From the NCBI RefSeq assembly GCF_964194155.1, contig NC_135901.1, positions 21,390,001-21,454,000 on the forward strand: a DNA stretch of 64,000 nucleotides, read 5' to 3'. Source of the stretch: Cetorhinus maximus. Its lineage: Eukaryota. Under the pieces are notes generated by a model. The model saw only the letters and a program-made list of their open reading frames with translations. It was not told the origin of the DNA and searched no databases. Position 1 is the first letter of the stretch; each line of letters starts with the position of its first letter. The position numbers were made by a program, and so were the translations under genes. Positions 11,496 to 23,769 of this stretch are shown piece after piece.

Positions 11496-12400
11496 GGAGT
11501 TGAAAAGAAGCGTGAGAGGAGCCAGGAGTTGAAAAGGAGCGAGAGAGGAGCCGGGAGTTGAAGAGAAGCACGAGGGGAGCCAGCAATTGAAGAGAAGTGC
11601 GAGAGGAGCCTGGAGTTGAAGAGAAGCGCGAGAGGAGCCTGGAGTTGAAGAGAAGCGTGAGAGGAGCCTGGAGTTGAAGAGAAGCACGAGAGGAGTCGGG
11701 AGTTGAAAAGGAGCGCGAGAGGAGCCAGGAGTTGAAGAGAAGCGTGAGAGGAGCCAGGAGTTGAAGAGAAGCGCGAGAGGAGCCTGGAGTTGAAGAGAAG
11801 CGCAAGAGGAGCCTGGAGTTGAAGAGAAGCGCGAGAGGAGCCGGGAGTTGAAGAGAAGCGCGAGAGGAGTCACGCGTTGAAGAGAAGCGCAAGAGGAGCC
11901 AGGAGTTTAAGAGAAGCGCGAGAGGAGCCTGGAGTTGAAGAGAAGCGCGAGAGGAGCCTGGAGTTGAAGAGAAGCGCAAGAGGAGCCTGGAGTTGAAGAG
12001 AAGCGCAAGAGGAGCCGGGAGTTGATGAGAAGCGCGAGAGGAGCCACGCGTTGAAGAGAAGCGCAAGAGGAGCCTTGAGTTGAAGAGAGGCGCGAGAGGA
12101 GCCTGGAGTTGAAGAGAAGCGCGAGAGGAGCCTGGAGTTGAAGAGAAGCGCGAGAGGAGCCGGGAGTTGAAGAGAAGCGCGAGTGGAGCCGGGATTTGAA
12201 CAGGAGCGCGAGAGCAGCCGGGAGTTGAAAAGGAGCGTGAGAGAAGCCTGGAGTTGAAGAGAAGCGCGAGAGGAGCCACGCGTTGAAGAGAAGCGCAAGT
12301 GGAGCCTTGAGTTGAAGAGAAGCGCGAGAGGAGCCGTGAGTTGAAGACAAGTGCGAGTGGAGTCGGGAGTTGAACAGGAGCGCGAGAGGTGTCGGAGGTG
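11495..12400 (+). repeat. 29-bp CpG-containing tandem array, ~31 copies
   Basis: Unit gagttgaagagaagcgcgagaggagcctg; overlapping minus-strand ORFs cycle every 29 aa (3 x 29 bp). Confidence 0.93.
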
Positions 12401-12572
12401 AAGAGAAGCTGGGAGAGCAGTGGTGACTGAGGGAGTTCGGTGAGGAGGGAAAGAGGTGATACTTTGAGTACTGTGAGTACAGTCGGGTAAGTATTTACTA
12501 CTTTTATCGCTTATAGTTTTTAAGGTCTTATTTTGTAGTTCATCGTTTGTAATGGCTATATTCTGTAACAAC

Positions 12573-13120
12573 AAGGAGCAGGGATGTCTTGATGTTTTGC
12601 TGCAATTGTGCAGGTTCGTGGTGAGACCACACCTGGAATATTGTATGCAGTTTTGGTCTCCTTATCTGAGGAAGGATGTTCTTGTTATTGAGGGAGTGCA
12701 GCAAAGGTTTACCAGACTGATTCCTGGGATGGCAGGACTGTCATATGAGGAGAGATTGAGTCGGTTAGGATTATATTCGCTGGAGTTCAGAAGAATGAGG
12801 GGGGATCTCATAGAAACCTATAAAATTCTAACAGGACGAGACAGGGTAGTTGCAGGAAGGATGTTTCCGATGGCGGGGGAGTCCAGAAGCAGGGATCACA
12901 GTCTGAGGATACGGGGTAGACCATTTAGGACTGAGATGAGGAGAAATGTCTTCACCCAGAGAGTGGTGAGCTTGTGGAATTCACCACCACAGAAAGTAGT
13001 TGAGGCCAAAACATTGTATGTTTTCAAGAAGGAGTTAGATATAGTTCTTGAGGTGAAAGGGATCAAAGGATATGGAGAGAAAGCGGCAGCAGGCTATTGA
13101 GTTGGATGATCAGTCATGTA
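12573..13120 (+). mobile_element. CR1 LINE ORF2 3' end
   Basis: ORF 12552-13100 VRPHLEYCMQFWSPYLRKD..RNVFTQRVV. Confidence 0.9.
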
Positions 13121-13221
13121 AAGGCACTTATACATTTTAAAATTGATGATCTGCAATCAAAATTGGTTCAAGCAAGTCATAGTTAGGATAAGATTTAAAC
13201 CTGTGAACAGACATTAATAAG

Positions 13222-13610
13222 TTAATAAAAACAGAAAATGCTGGTAAAACTCAACAGGTCTGGCAGCATCTGTGGAGAAAGAAATCGAGTTAATGTTTGA
13301 GTCCGTATGATTCTTCTTCAAAGCTTAAGAAGTCATTTGGACTTGAAATGTTAACTGTCAGCATTTTCTGTTTTTATTTCAGATTTCCAGCAAACCACTC
13401 GTGTGAAAAAATTTTTTCTAACTTTTTCTAAGTTTGCTTCTTTTACAAATCTCTTTAAATCTGGGCAACAACTCATTATTTCCTAATTTCCGAGGCTTGC
13501 TTAAAAGGAGATGAAAACAAAATGAGGACTCGAAACGTCAACTCTTTTCTTCTCCGCCGATGCTGCCAGACCTGCTAAGTTTTTCCAGGTAATTCTGTTT
13601 TTGTTTTGCT
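13222..13610. mobile_element. Short Penelope-terminus-derived repeats, including a head-to-head pair
   Basis: aaaacagaaaatgctgg..gagtccgtatgattcttcttc followed by an inverted gaagtcatttggacttgaaatgttaac..; a third copy at 13526-13610. Confidence 0.65.
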
Positions 13611-13719
13611 TAAAAGGATCTGGATGCAGAGAATTATATAAAAATAGAATGTGTATTTAGCCTTTAGGGACAACATCCTGGAACGATTTGAAGAGAATCC
13701 CAAGATCTCTGAAAAGCCT

Positions 13720-14095
13720 ACATCAATGAGAAGAAGAGGTGGGATTGGAGGACCGCGAGGGAGCGGTTTGTCTTCCAACCAATCGGAGTGAATGAGGGGT
13801 GGGGCCCGGCTGTGACTGAAGCATACGCAATGCAGGTAATGGCGATGCAGAGACGCTTCTTCGTCAGATCCGCAATCGGTAAGAGGGAGATGGTGGGACA
13901 AAGGGAGCGATGGATCCGGCGATTGGGCGGGGAGGCTTCGTAAACATGTTGGGCAAGCCCAAACCCTGAAAAAGATCTTATCGGTCCCCCGTTTGCATGG
14001 AGCGAGGCCACAGCTTCCAGAGACCGGGTCGCCATCTTTATTGGGGTCAATGTGCAGCAGGAGCATGTGTGGCCGCCATCTTTGTAGGGGGCAAT
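13720..14095 (+). promoter_or_regulatory. CpG-island promoter and putative exon 1 (donor g|gtaaga at 13878/13879)
   Basis: CCAAT at ~13779, GC-like box, aatggcg at 13838, YY1 (g)ccatcttt at ~14030 and ~14072; paralogous to 35220-35645. Confidence 0.75.
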
Positions 14096-14199
14096 GTTTT
14101 TAATGACACGGAAAAGTTTGTTCCCCATAGTTCAGAATGGTGACAACTTGACCATCAAGCTGCATTACCTTTTAAGTCCCAGCGTCTTATTGATGAGGC

Positions 14200-14392
14200 A
14201 GTGCTGTGCACAAAAGGCAAGAAAAGGAAGCAAATCCTGCTCTCCTGATCCCAATGCCTCATAGGAATTTCTACCCAATGTGTCCAAAGACCCACATCTC
14301 TGTTCAGCGAGATGAAGACAGGACCCGTTGCAGAAACTCATGATACTGAGTAGACGTCATCCTCAAATCGAGGGACTGCTAACGACAACAAA
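14200..14392 (+). mobile_element. RTE LINE 3' end
   Basis: Terminus gtcatcctcaaatcgagggactgc matches the minus-strand tail at 26488-26535. Confidence 0.5.
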
Positions 14393-14449
14393 AGGCAATG
14401 TGCAGCAGGGCACTTATGCAATCATCCTGGGCCAGTAAGCATAAGAAGT

Positions 14450-14560
14450 GAACGTTATGAATTTCCATCATGGACTGACAGGGATAGATTTTGGCAACTC
14501 CTTTTACAGGGGGTTAGAAGGGGAGGATTCACACACAGTGAACTCAAACCAAGAAAAATA
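14450..14560 (+). pseudogene. Truncated ZNF exon-2 stub (acceptor at 14509)
   Basis: aactccttttacag|ggggttagaaggggaggat..aactcaaacca matches the exon starts at 35736, 60961 and 63787; cut by a CR1. Confidence 0.65.
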
Positions 14561-17500
14561 TTTATATTGTCTGAATTTCTGGGTTTCAGAACTTGAGTGT
14601 AGACTGGAGTCACTGTTGTGTATCTGCGAGGCAGAGGACTACATGGATAGCACATTTAGGGAGGTGGTCACACTGCAGGTCAGAAGCGTACAACTAGAGA
14701 GGGAATGGGTGACCACCAGGCAGTCTAAGAGAACCAGGCAGGTAGTGCAGGAGTCCCCTGAGTCTATCCTGCTTGCTAATTGGTTTTCCATTTTGGATGC
14801 TGATGAGGGCGATAGTTTCTCAGGGGAGTGCAGCCAGAGCCAAGCCTGTGGCGCCACAGGCGATTCAGCTGTACGGGGGATGAGGAGGAAGAAGAGTGGA
14901 AGGGCAATTGTGATAGGGGATTCCATAATCAGGGGATCAGACACATGTTTCTGTGGCAGTAAACGTGACTCGAGGATGGCGTGCTGCCTCCCCGGTGCCA
15001 GGGTGAAGGATGTCACGGAGTGGCTGCAGGACATCCTTCGGGGGGGGAGGGGGATCTGCCAGAAGTCGTGGTCCACATTGATACCAACGACATAGGTAGG
15101 AAGAGGGATCAGGTCCTGAAAGTAGATTTCAGGGAGTTAGGAAGAAAATTAAAAAGCAGGAGCTCAAGAACAGTAATCTCAGGGTTACTCCCAGTGCCAC
15201 GTGCTAGTGAGCACAGGAATAGGAGGATTGATCAATTAAATACGTGGCTGAAGAATTGGTGTAGGAGGGAGGGCATCAGATTTCTGAGGCATTGGGGCCA
15301 GTTCTGGGGCAGGTTGGACCTGTACAAGCTGGACAGATTACATTTTAACAGGACTGGGACTGATATACTCACAGGGAGATTTGCTAATGCTGTTGGGGTG
15401 GGTTTAAACAAGCTTGTCAGGGGGGTGGTCCAAATTGGAAGAAAGTAAAGTTGGTAACAGGAAGTAGTATTGAGACCATAAGGCATGAGAAACAAAGCAG
15501 AGCTTTGAGTATGCTTCGAATATTAAATGATGTCAAAAAGACAAAGTTAAGGGCACTCCACCTGAATGCGCGCAGCATTCGCAATAAGGTAGATGATCTA
15601 AAGGCACAAATAGAGGTGAATGAGTATGATATAATTGCTATTACAGAAACATGGCTGCATGGTGACCAAGACTGGGAACTGAATATTCAAGAATATTCGA
15701 CGTTTAGGAAGGACAGACAAGAAGGGAAAGGAGGTGGAGTTACGCTGATAATAAGGGATGGGATCAGTGCATTAGTAAGGGAAAATTTCAGATAGGGAGA
15801 ACAATGCGTGGAATCTGTTTGAGTGGAGCTAAGAAACAGCAAAGGGCAGTAGACATTGATTGGAGTTGTTTATCAGCCACCAAACAGTGGTGGTAATGTG
15901 GGGCATCGTAGTAATCAGGAGATGAGAGAAGCTTGTAGCATGGGCAATGCAGCAATCATGGGTGACTTCAATCTACATATAGACCGGGTAAACCAATTGA
16001 GCACTAAAGCTGCAGAAGACGAGTTACTGGAGTGTGTTGGGATGGTTTTCCTGAGCAGTATGTTGAGGAACTGACAAGAGAACAGGCTATTTTAGATCTG
16101 GTATTATACAATGAAAAGAGGCTAATTAATAATCTTGTTGTAAAAGACCCTTTAGGGATGAGTGACCACAATATGATAGAATTTCACATTATGTTTGAAA
16201 GTGAGGTAGTTCACTCTGAAGCAAAGGTGTTAAAGTTGAACAAAGGAAATTATGAAGGAGTGAGGGACAAATTGGCTGAGATGGATTGGGAAAATACATT
16301 AAAAGGTATGACTGTACATTGGCAATGGATAGTCTTCAAAGAACTATTACATAGCTTACATCACCTATGCATTCATTTGAGGTGCAAAAACCCAAAAAGT
16401 CAGTCAACCGTGGCTGACAAAGGAAGTTAAGGATTGCATAAGACTAAAAGAAAAGGCTTATAAAGTTGCCAGAAGGAGTAGTAAACCTGAGGTTTGGGAG
16501 GTTTTTAGAATACAGCAAAGGAAGACCAAGAAACTGGTAAAGAAAGAGAGAATAGAATATGAATGCAATCCAGCAAAAAATATAAAAGTGGACTATAAAA
16601 GCTTCTGTAGGGATGTAAAAAGGAAGCGTTTGGCTAAGACAAATGTGGGTCCATTACAGGCAGAGTGAGGAGAATTCATAATGGGGAATAGAGAAATGGC
16701 AGAGAAGCTAAATGATTGGTTTGTATCTGTTTCCACAGGAAGGTAAAGGGAATCTCCCAGATTTAGAGATCCAAGGGACTAGGGAGAATGAGGAGTTGAA
16801 GGAAATTAGTATAAGTCAGAAGATCGTATTGAAGAATTTAATGGGACTGAAAGTTGATAAGTCACTGGGACCTGATATTCTGCACCCCAAAGGGTTGAAA
16901 GAGGTTGCTATGGAGGTAGTGGATGCACTGGTGATCATTTTCCAAAACTCTATAGATTCTGGAATGGTTCCTGAAGATTGGAAGGTAGCAAATTTCACCC
17001 CACTATTTAAGAAGGGATGGAGAAAGAAAACAGGGAACTACAGACCTGTTAAACTCACATCAGTAGTAAGGAAAATGCTAGAATCCATTATAAAGGATGT
17101 GATAAATGGATACTTGGATAATCATGATCTGATTGGGCATAGTCAGCATGGATTTGCAAATGAGAAATCATGTTTGACGAACTTGTTGGAGCTTTTTGAG
17201 GATGTTACTAACAAAATTGATAAAGGAGAGTCGATGGACATGGTGTACTTGGATTTTCAGAAGGCATTTGATAAAGTGCCCCAGAGGAGGTTGATTAGCA
17301 AAATAAAAGCAAATGGGATAAGAGGCAATATATTGACATGGATTAAGGATTGGCTAACAGGCAGAAAACAGAGAGCAGGAATAAGCAGGTTATTCTCTGG
17401 CAAGCTGTAACTTGTGGGGTACCTCAAGCATCAGTGCTTGGGCCCCAGCTGTTCACAATACGTCAATGATTTGGATGTGGGGACCAAATGTAATATTTCC

Positions 17501-17571
17501 AAGTTCATGGATGATACAAAGCTAGGCAGGAATGTGTGTTGTGAGGAAGATGTGAAGTGGCTACAAGGGGA

Positions 17572-17929
17572 TGCGATGGCGTAGTAGTATTGTCGTTGGA
17601 CTAGAAATCCAGAGACCCAGGGTATGCTCTGGGGACCTGGGTTTGAATCCGGCCATGGCAGATGGTAAAATTTGAATTCAGTTAAAATCTGGAATTAAAA
17701 GCCTAAATGATGAAACCATAAAACCATTGTTGAATATTGTAATAACCCATCTGGTTCACTAATGCCCCTTTAGGGAAGGAAATCTGCCATCCTTATCTGG
17801 CCTACATGTGACTCCAGACCCCACAATGTGATTGACTCTTAAATGCCCTCTGAACTAGGGCAATTAGGTATGGGCAATGAACGCTGGCCTGGCCAGTGAT
17901 GCCCACATCCCATGAACGAATAAAAAAAG
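17572..17929 (+). mobile_element. tRNA-derived SINE nested in the CR1
   Basis: A box tggcgtagtag, B box ggtttgaatcc, A-rich tail; flanking near-duplication aaggggat / aagaggat. Confidence 0.8.
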
Positions 17930-18480
17930 AGGATTTGGACAGACTGAGTGGGCAAGGACATGGCAGATGGAATATGATGTGGAAAATTGTGAGGTTAACA
18001 ACCTTGGTAGAAGGAACAGATGTGTAGAGCATTTCCTAAAAGGGACCTGGGTGTCCTTGTCTGTAAGTCACTGAAAGCTAACATGCAGATGCAGCTGATG
18101 GAATATTAGCCTTTATCGCATGAAGATTTGAGTCTTGCTTCACTTATATAGAAGCTTGGTTAGACTGCACCTGGAGTACTGTGTGCAGTTTTGGCCCCTT
18201 ACCTCATAAAGGATATTATTGCCATAGAGGGAGTGCAACAACGGTTCACCAGACTTGTTCCGGGGATGGCGGGACTATCTTATGAGGAGACCTTGGGGAA
18301 AATGGGCCTGTATTCTCGAGAGTTTCAAAAAATGAGAGGTGATCTCATTGAAACCTACAAAATACTTAAAGGAATAGACAGGGTAGATGCAGGTAAGATG
18401 TTTCCCCTGGTTGGGGAGTCTAGAACTAAGAGACACAATTTCAAAGGGGCAAGCCACTGAGGACTGGGATGATGAGAAAT

Positions 18481-18843
18481 TATGAGGGGCATGGACAGGG
18501 TGGATAGGGAGCAGCTGTTCCCCTTAGTTGAAGGGTCAGTCACAAGGGGACATAAGTTCAAGGTGAGGGGCAGGAGGTTTAGGGGGGATGTGAGGAAAAA
18601 CTTTTTTACCCAGAGGGTGGTGACGGTCTGGAATGTGCTGCCTGGGAGGGTGGTGGAGGCGGGTTGCCTCACATCCTTTAAAAAGTACCTGGATGAGCAC
18701 TTGGCACGTCATAACATTCAAGGCTATGGGCCAAGTGCTGGTAAATGGGATTAGGTAGGTAGGTCAGGTGTTACTCACGTGTTGGTGCAGACTCGATGGG
18801 CTGAAGGGCCTCTTCTGCACTGTGATTTTCTGCGATTCTGTGA
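18481..18843 (+). mobile_element. Young CR1 3' end (attctgtg-type tail) nested in the older CR1
   Basis: Nearly identical to the reverse complements of 35881-36230, 39727-40050 and 45301-45650. Confidence 0.88.
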
Positions 18844-19114
18844 TACGCAGAGGGTTGTGAATTTTTAGAATTCTCTACCCCAGAGGGCCGTGGAAGCTTA
18901 GTCACTGAGTATGTTTAAGATAGAGATTGATAAATTTCTGATTAACAATAACGTAAAGGGCTATGGGGATAGTGTGGGTAAAAGGCATTTAAGTGTTCGA
19001 TCAGCCATGATAGTATTGAATGGCAGAGCAGGCTGAAAGGTCTTCTCCTATCCCTATGTTTCTATCCTGACTACTAGTGATTGCTTCTGTAGACTGACAG
19101 GGTACCAGAAGCTG

Positions 19115-19572
19115 AAGTCAGTTTTCAGGAGTATCTGAAAGAAGGAAAGGAAGATAGAAAGGTGGAGGGTTAGGGAGGAAATTCCACAGCTTAAGATCTT
19201 GGCAGTTGCAGATGTGGCTATCAAACATGGAGCAAATAAAATCAGGAATACTCGGGAAGTCGGAATTAGAGGAGCGCAGATATCTTGGAGGTAACAAAGG
19301 GATGGATGATGGTTTCAGCAGCAGATGAGCTGAGGCTGGGGTGGAGTCTGGCGATGTCACTGAGGTGGAATCTAGTCTTGACGATGATGCCAATATGTGG
19401 TTGGGAGCTTGCCTCGGGGTCAAATATGACACCGATGTTTCTCAGACTGTTGGCAAGGAGAGGGCTGGAGTCAGTGTCGAGGGTTGGTAGTGGGGACTGA
19501 AGGGAATAGCTTCAGTCTTCCCAATGTTTAAATGGAGGAAATTTGTGTTCATCCAGTACTGGATGTCAGACA
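19115..19572 (-). mobile_element. L2 LINE fragment (intronic, shared by class 2 duplicons)
   Basis: Minus strand encodes SDIQYWMN.NFL.LNIGKTEAI; homologs at 40490-41082 and 46990-48045. Confidence 0.75.
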
Positions 19573-20088
19573 AATCAGGACGGAGTGTAACTTGGAGGGG
19601 AGATTGGAGGTGATGCTGTTACCCTGTTCCTCTAGGGGGTGGGGGTTGAGTGTTTTGGAAAGTCTGTCAAAGTTCTGGTCAAGTTGCAGAAATAGAAAAT
19701 CCCTCTCCTTCTCTGCGCCTGATCCCAATCCTCTCTCACTCTCCTCTCCACATGGAGGCTGGAGTCTTGTGTAGGCCCAGACCGGGTAGCAGGTTCCGTT
19801 CCCTGAAGGACATTAGTGAACCAGTTGAGTTTTTACAACAATCCAGCAGTTTTCATGGTCACTTTTCCCTTGTGCCAGCCGCACAAATTACCAGATTTTT
19901 TCAGCTCAGTTTCACAACCTGCCTTAGTGTTTGTGTGGGGTCTCTCTCACTCCTTTTTTTGTTTTAAATTGATTTCACAGGGTGTCAGAAGGAGAAGATT
20001 TGCATGATGGAAACTGAGACCAAACATCACATCAGGATCTGACGGAGTCACCCAGTTTATCATAACTTGAGTACATTGGATTTTGAAC

Positions 20089-21122
20089 ATGGAAGGAAAA
20101 AGCACCATTCACAGTGGGGAGAAACTTTACATGTGTTCTGTGTGTGGACGAGGCTTTAGCCAATCATCTGGTTTATCAAGACACAAGTGCATTCACACAG
20201 GAGAGAAACCATGGAAATGTGGGGACTGTGAGGAGGCATTTGGTTACCCGTCTGAACTGGAAACTCATCGACGCACTCACACTGGAGAGAGACCATTCAT
20301 CTGCTCCATACGTGGGAAAGGATTTACTCGATCATCAAACTTACTGACACACCAGCGAGTTCACACTAGAGAGAGGCTGTTCACCTGCTCTGCATGTGGG
20401 AAAGGGTTCACTGATTCCTCCAACCTGCTGAAACATCAGTGAGTTCACACTGGGGAAAGACCATTCTCCTGCTCAGAGTGTAGGAGGGGATTCACCCATT
20501 TATCCACCCTGTTGAGACACCAGCAAGTTCACACTGACGAGACCTTTTAAATGTCTGGACTGCGGGAAGTCCTATAAAAGTTCCTGGGAACTGATGTCCC
20601 ATCAACGTGTTCACACTGATGAGAGACCTTTTAAATGCCCACAATGTGGGAAGTCCTATAAAAGTTCCTGGGAACTGATGTCCCATCAACGCGTTCACAC
20701 TGACGAGAGACCGTTCAGGTGCTCTCACTGCAGGACTGGGTTCAAGCGATCATCTCAACTCAATGTACACCAGCGACTTCATATTGCGGAGAGGCCATTC
20801 ACCTGCTCTAAATGTGGGAAGGGATTCACTCAATCATCCACCCTGCTGAAACACCAGCGAGTTCACACTGATGAGAGACCTTATAAATGCCCAGACTGCG
20901 GGAAGTGCTATAAAACTTCCTGGGAATTGATGTCCCATCAACGTGTTCACACTGACGAGAGGCCATTCAGTTGCTCTCACTGTGGGGCTAGGTTCAGGAA
21001 ATCATCTCAACTCACTGTACACCAGCGAATTCACACCGGGGACAGGCCGTTCACCTGCTCAGTGTTGGAAGGGATTCACTCAGACATCCCACCTACTGAA
21101 TCATCAGCGAGTTTACAAGTAA
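20089..21122 (+). pseudogene. Class 2 C2H2 ZNF pseudogene (~12 fingers)
   Basis: ATG 20089 [12 protein letters not shown]; in-frame TGA at 20440 and later frameshifts; acceptor at 19980. Confidence 0.85.
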
Positions 21123-21284
21123 CTGCAATGATTAGATTTTGCTGTTAATCACATCCAGGACTGAACCATGTTCAGTGGTGTCTGTTCCTTTTCAAGTTAA
21201 TAAATCCCAGACCAGTTATAGGGGAAAATATTGTTGACAAGAGAAAAATAAATCAGCTTTGTACTAAACATGCAGTGTGTTGAA

Positions 21285-21742
21285 TCTTTTTTTGTTCATT
21301 CATGGGATGTGGGCTTCGCTGGCTAGGCCAGCATTTATTGCCCATCGCTAATTGCCCTTGAGAAGGTGGTGAGCTGCCTTCTTGAACCGCTGCAGTCCAT
21401 GTGGTGTAGGTTCAGTTTCTTTCTTTATAGACTTCATAACAGTTTGATACAACCGAGTGTCTTGCTATGCCATTTAAAAATAAACCACAATGCTTTGGGT
21501 CTGGTAGACCAGACCAGGTAAGGACGGCAGATTTCCTCCCCTAAAGGGCATTAGTGAACTAGATGGGTTTTTACAACAATCAATTTATGGTCATCATTAA
21601 ACTTTTTGTTCCAGATTTTTATTGAATTTAAATTTCACCATATACCGTCGTGGGATTTGAACCTAGGTCTCCAGACCATTACCAGCTGGTCTCAGGATTA
21701 TTCATCCAATGATGATACTACTACACCACTGCCTCTCCCTTT
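21285..21742 (-). mobile_element. tRNA-derived SINE / LINE-tail composite
   Basis: Reverse complement of the 17572-17929 family (ttcattcatgggatgtgggc..gggatttgaacc). Confidence 0.65.
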
Positions 21743-21779
21743 AATGTCACTAATATATAAGTTAATTCCTTTTGAAGGG

Positions 21780-22830
21780 CTCTCCCTCTTCTCTGTCTCC
21801 TCCATCCTTACCAACAACCACAAGTGTGAGGAGCTCATGGAGCTTCTTTGTCACTAAGATTGAGACAATCCTTTCACCTGCCTCTGCTACTCCCCTCCCT
21901 TCCACTATGCCAATGGGCCAAACTGTCTCTAAAGGTCCCCCTTGTCCGAGCCCTGAACTCACAGTTCCTCTCCTATCTCCCATCATACCCGGTCAGAGCT
22001 CTTCTTGTGCAGGAGACCCACCTCCTGGTCCCTCAATTCTATTCCTGCCAAACTGCTGACCATCCGTCTTCCCTGTGTTGCTGATATTGTTAACAGTGCT
22101 CTCTCTCTTCTGGTTATGCCCCTCTCACCCTTACCCTTCCTGAAAAAAACCTTTCACTCCACCTTCCTTGCAAACTACCACACCATCTGCTACCACTCCC
22201 TTTCTTCTCCAACGTCCTTGAACTTGGTTTTCCCCAAGGATCTATTCTTGGACCCTCCTATTTCTGATCTACATGCTGCCACCAGGTGACATCATCCAAA
22301 AACAACGTGTTAGTTTTCCCATGTACACTGACAACACCCAGTACTACCTCCCCAACATTCCTCTCCATTCCTCCACCGTTACTAAATTATCAAACTGTTT
22401 ATCCGATATCCAGTACTGGATGAGCAGAAATTTCTTCCAATTAAAAATTGGGAAGACCAAAGCCATTGTCTTTGGTCACCACTACAAATTCTGTTCCCTA
22501 ACTACCGAGTCCATCCCTCTCCCTGGGAAATGTCTGAGGCTGAACCACACTCTTCACAATCTTGGTGTCATATTTGATCCCAAGATGACTTTCCAGCCAC
22601 ATTTCCACACCATCATTAATACCAGATATTTCCACCTCCGTAACGTCACCCGTCTCCACCCTACCCCAGCTCATCTGTTGCTGAAATTCTCCTCATACCC
22701 ATGACGACTATTCTAATACATTCCTGGCCAGCCTCTCACATTCACCCTGCCCTGCAACCCCACACCCCCACAACAACCTGGAAACGAGATCATCCAAAAC
22801 TCTGCTGCCCGTGTGTGTTCTCACCCTAAA
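21780..22830 (+). mobile_element. L2 LINE RT fragment downstream of the class 2 ZNF
   Basis: MYTDNTQYY..CLSDIQYWMSRNFFQLKIGKTKAIVF; paralogous to 42850-43090 and 49890-51060. Confidence 0.8.
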
Positions 22831-23214
22831 CGTAGGACAGATGGTGTCACAGTGATAACGTCACTGGACTAGTATTCCAGAGGCCGAGCCTTTGGATCTG
22901 GGAATGTGGGTTCAATTCCCACATTCACCCAAACCTTCTGCAGACATTTTTAGCAACAAATTTCCAAATAGTATTTATACATAAACACAGTGACCTGAAT
23001 CAGACGGGAAATGTTTGCCTTCTTTGTGTGGAATGGCCACCTTGTCAGCTCTATGATTCAATCATATCGTGTTTATTATGAATCATTATCCTGTAATAGA
23101 ATCACATTTTCTCATTATAGTACAGCACAGAAGGAGGCCACTTGGCTCATCGAATCTGCACTGGCTCTTTCAAAGAGCAATCCGGTTAATCCCACTGCCC
23201 CACTCTTAACCCAT

Positions 23215-23485
23215 ATCCCTGGACGAGGATTCAGCCGATCATCCGGCCCGTCAAGACACAAGCTCAGTCACATTGGGGAGAAACCGTGTTAACGCGGGGA
23301 CAGTGGAAAGGGATTAATTACTCATGTGAGTTGGAAAGTCATCAGTGCCTGCACACCAGGGAGAGGAAGTTCACCTGCTCCACGCGTGGGAAGGGGTTCA
23401 CTCAGTCATCCAGCCTCTAAACACACCAACGAGTTCATACTGGAGAGGGTTTAAATGCTTCGACTGTGACAAGAGCTTTCAAAGC
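23215..23485 (+). pseudogene. Highly degenerate ZNF remnant
   Basis: GRGFSRSSGPSRHKLSHIGEKPC.. and FKCFDCDKSF fragments in shifting frames. Confidence 0.65.
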
Positions 23486-23769
23486 CAGTTCCCATTTTAT
23501 AGTCTCAGTGTAAGTGAGGGCTTCCCAAACTGAGGGTCATGACCACAATGGGGTGTGAGACAAGATTTTGGGCTCGCGAGCTCCGAGGCAGCAATGGATG
23601 CCGTGGAGCTCCAACTGTTTCCTGACAGCTGCGAGGCCCCTTTAAATCCTCACGGTTTTTGTTTTGTTAGTGGGTGTGGCCTAATGGACGACTCTCTGAG
23701 GCTCAATCACTGCTGCAAAAAACACTCGTGAAAAGGTCGGTGTTCATTTTTTTCTGGAAAGTCGATTTC

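Larger units (their letters stand above)
14580..19065 (+). mobile_element. Near full-length degenerate CR1 LINE (ORF1 SGNH esterase; ORF2 APE endonuclease plus RT) with nested insertions
   Basis: IVIGDSII..CLPGARV..DRLHFN (ORF1); LNARSI..IAITETW, GDFN, SDH (endonuclease); NYRPV..HGF..SCLTNL..DFQKAFD (RT). Confidence 0.93.

Noticed and set aside
11495-12400. CRISPR-like array
   Set aside because: Head-to-tail units without unique spacers, no cas genes, eukaryotic context
11443-12574. Long minus-strand ORFs (278, 234, 147, 126 aa) that look like leucine-rich repeats
   Set aside because: Artefact of a stop-free 29-bp tandem unit read in all three frames
17572-17660. tRNA genes (also ~8950-9005, ~22840-22925, ~30350-30405)
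   Set aside because: A/B boxes are SINE heads; no complete cloverleaf could be folded
14580-19065. Active autonomous CR1
   Set aside because: Multiple stops, frameshifts and two nested insertions
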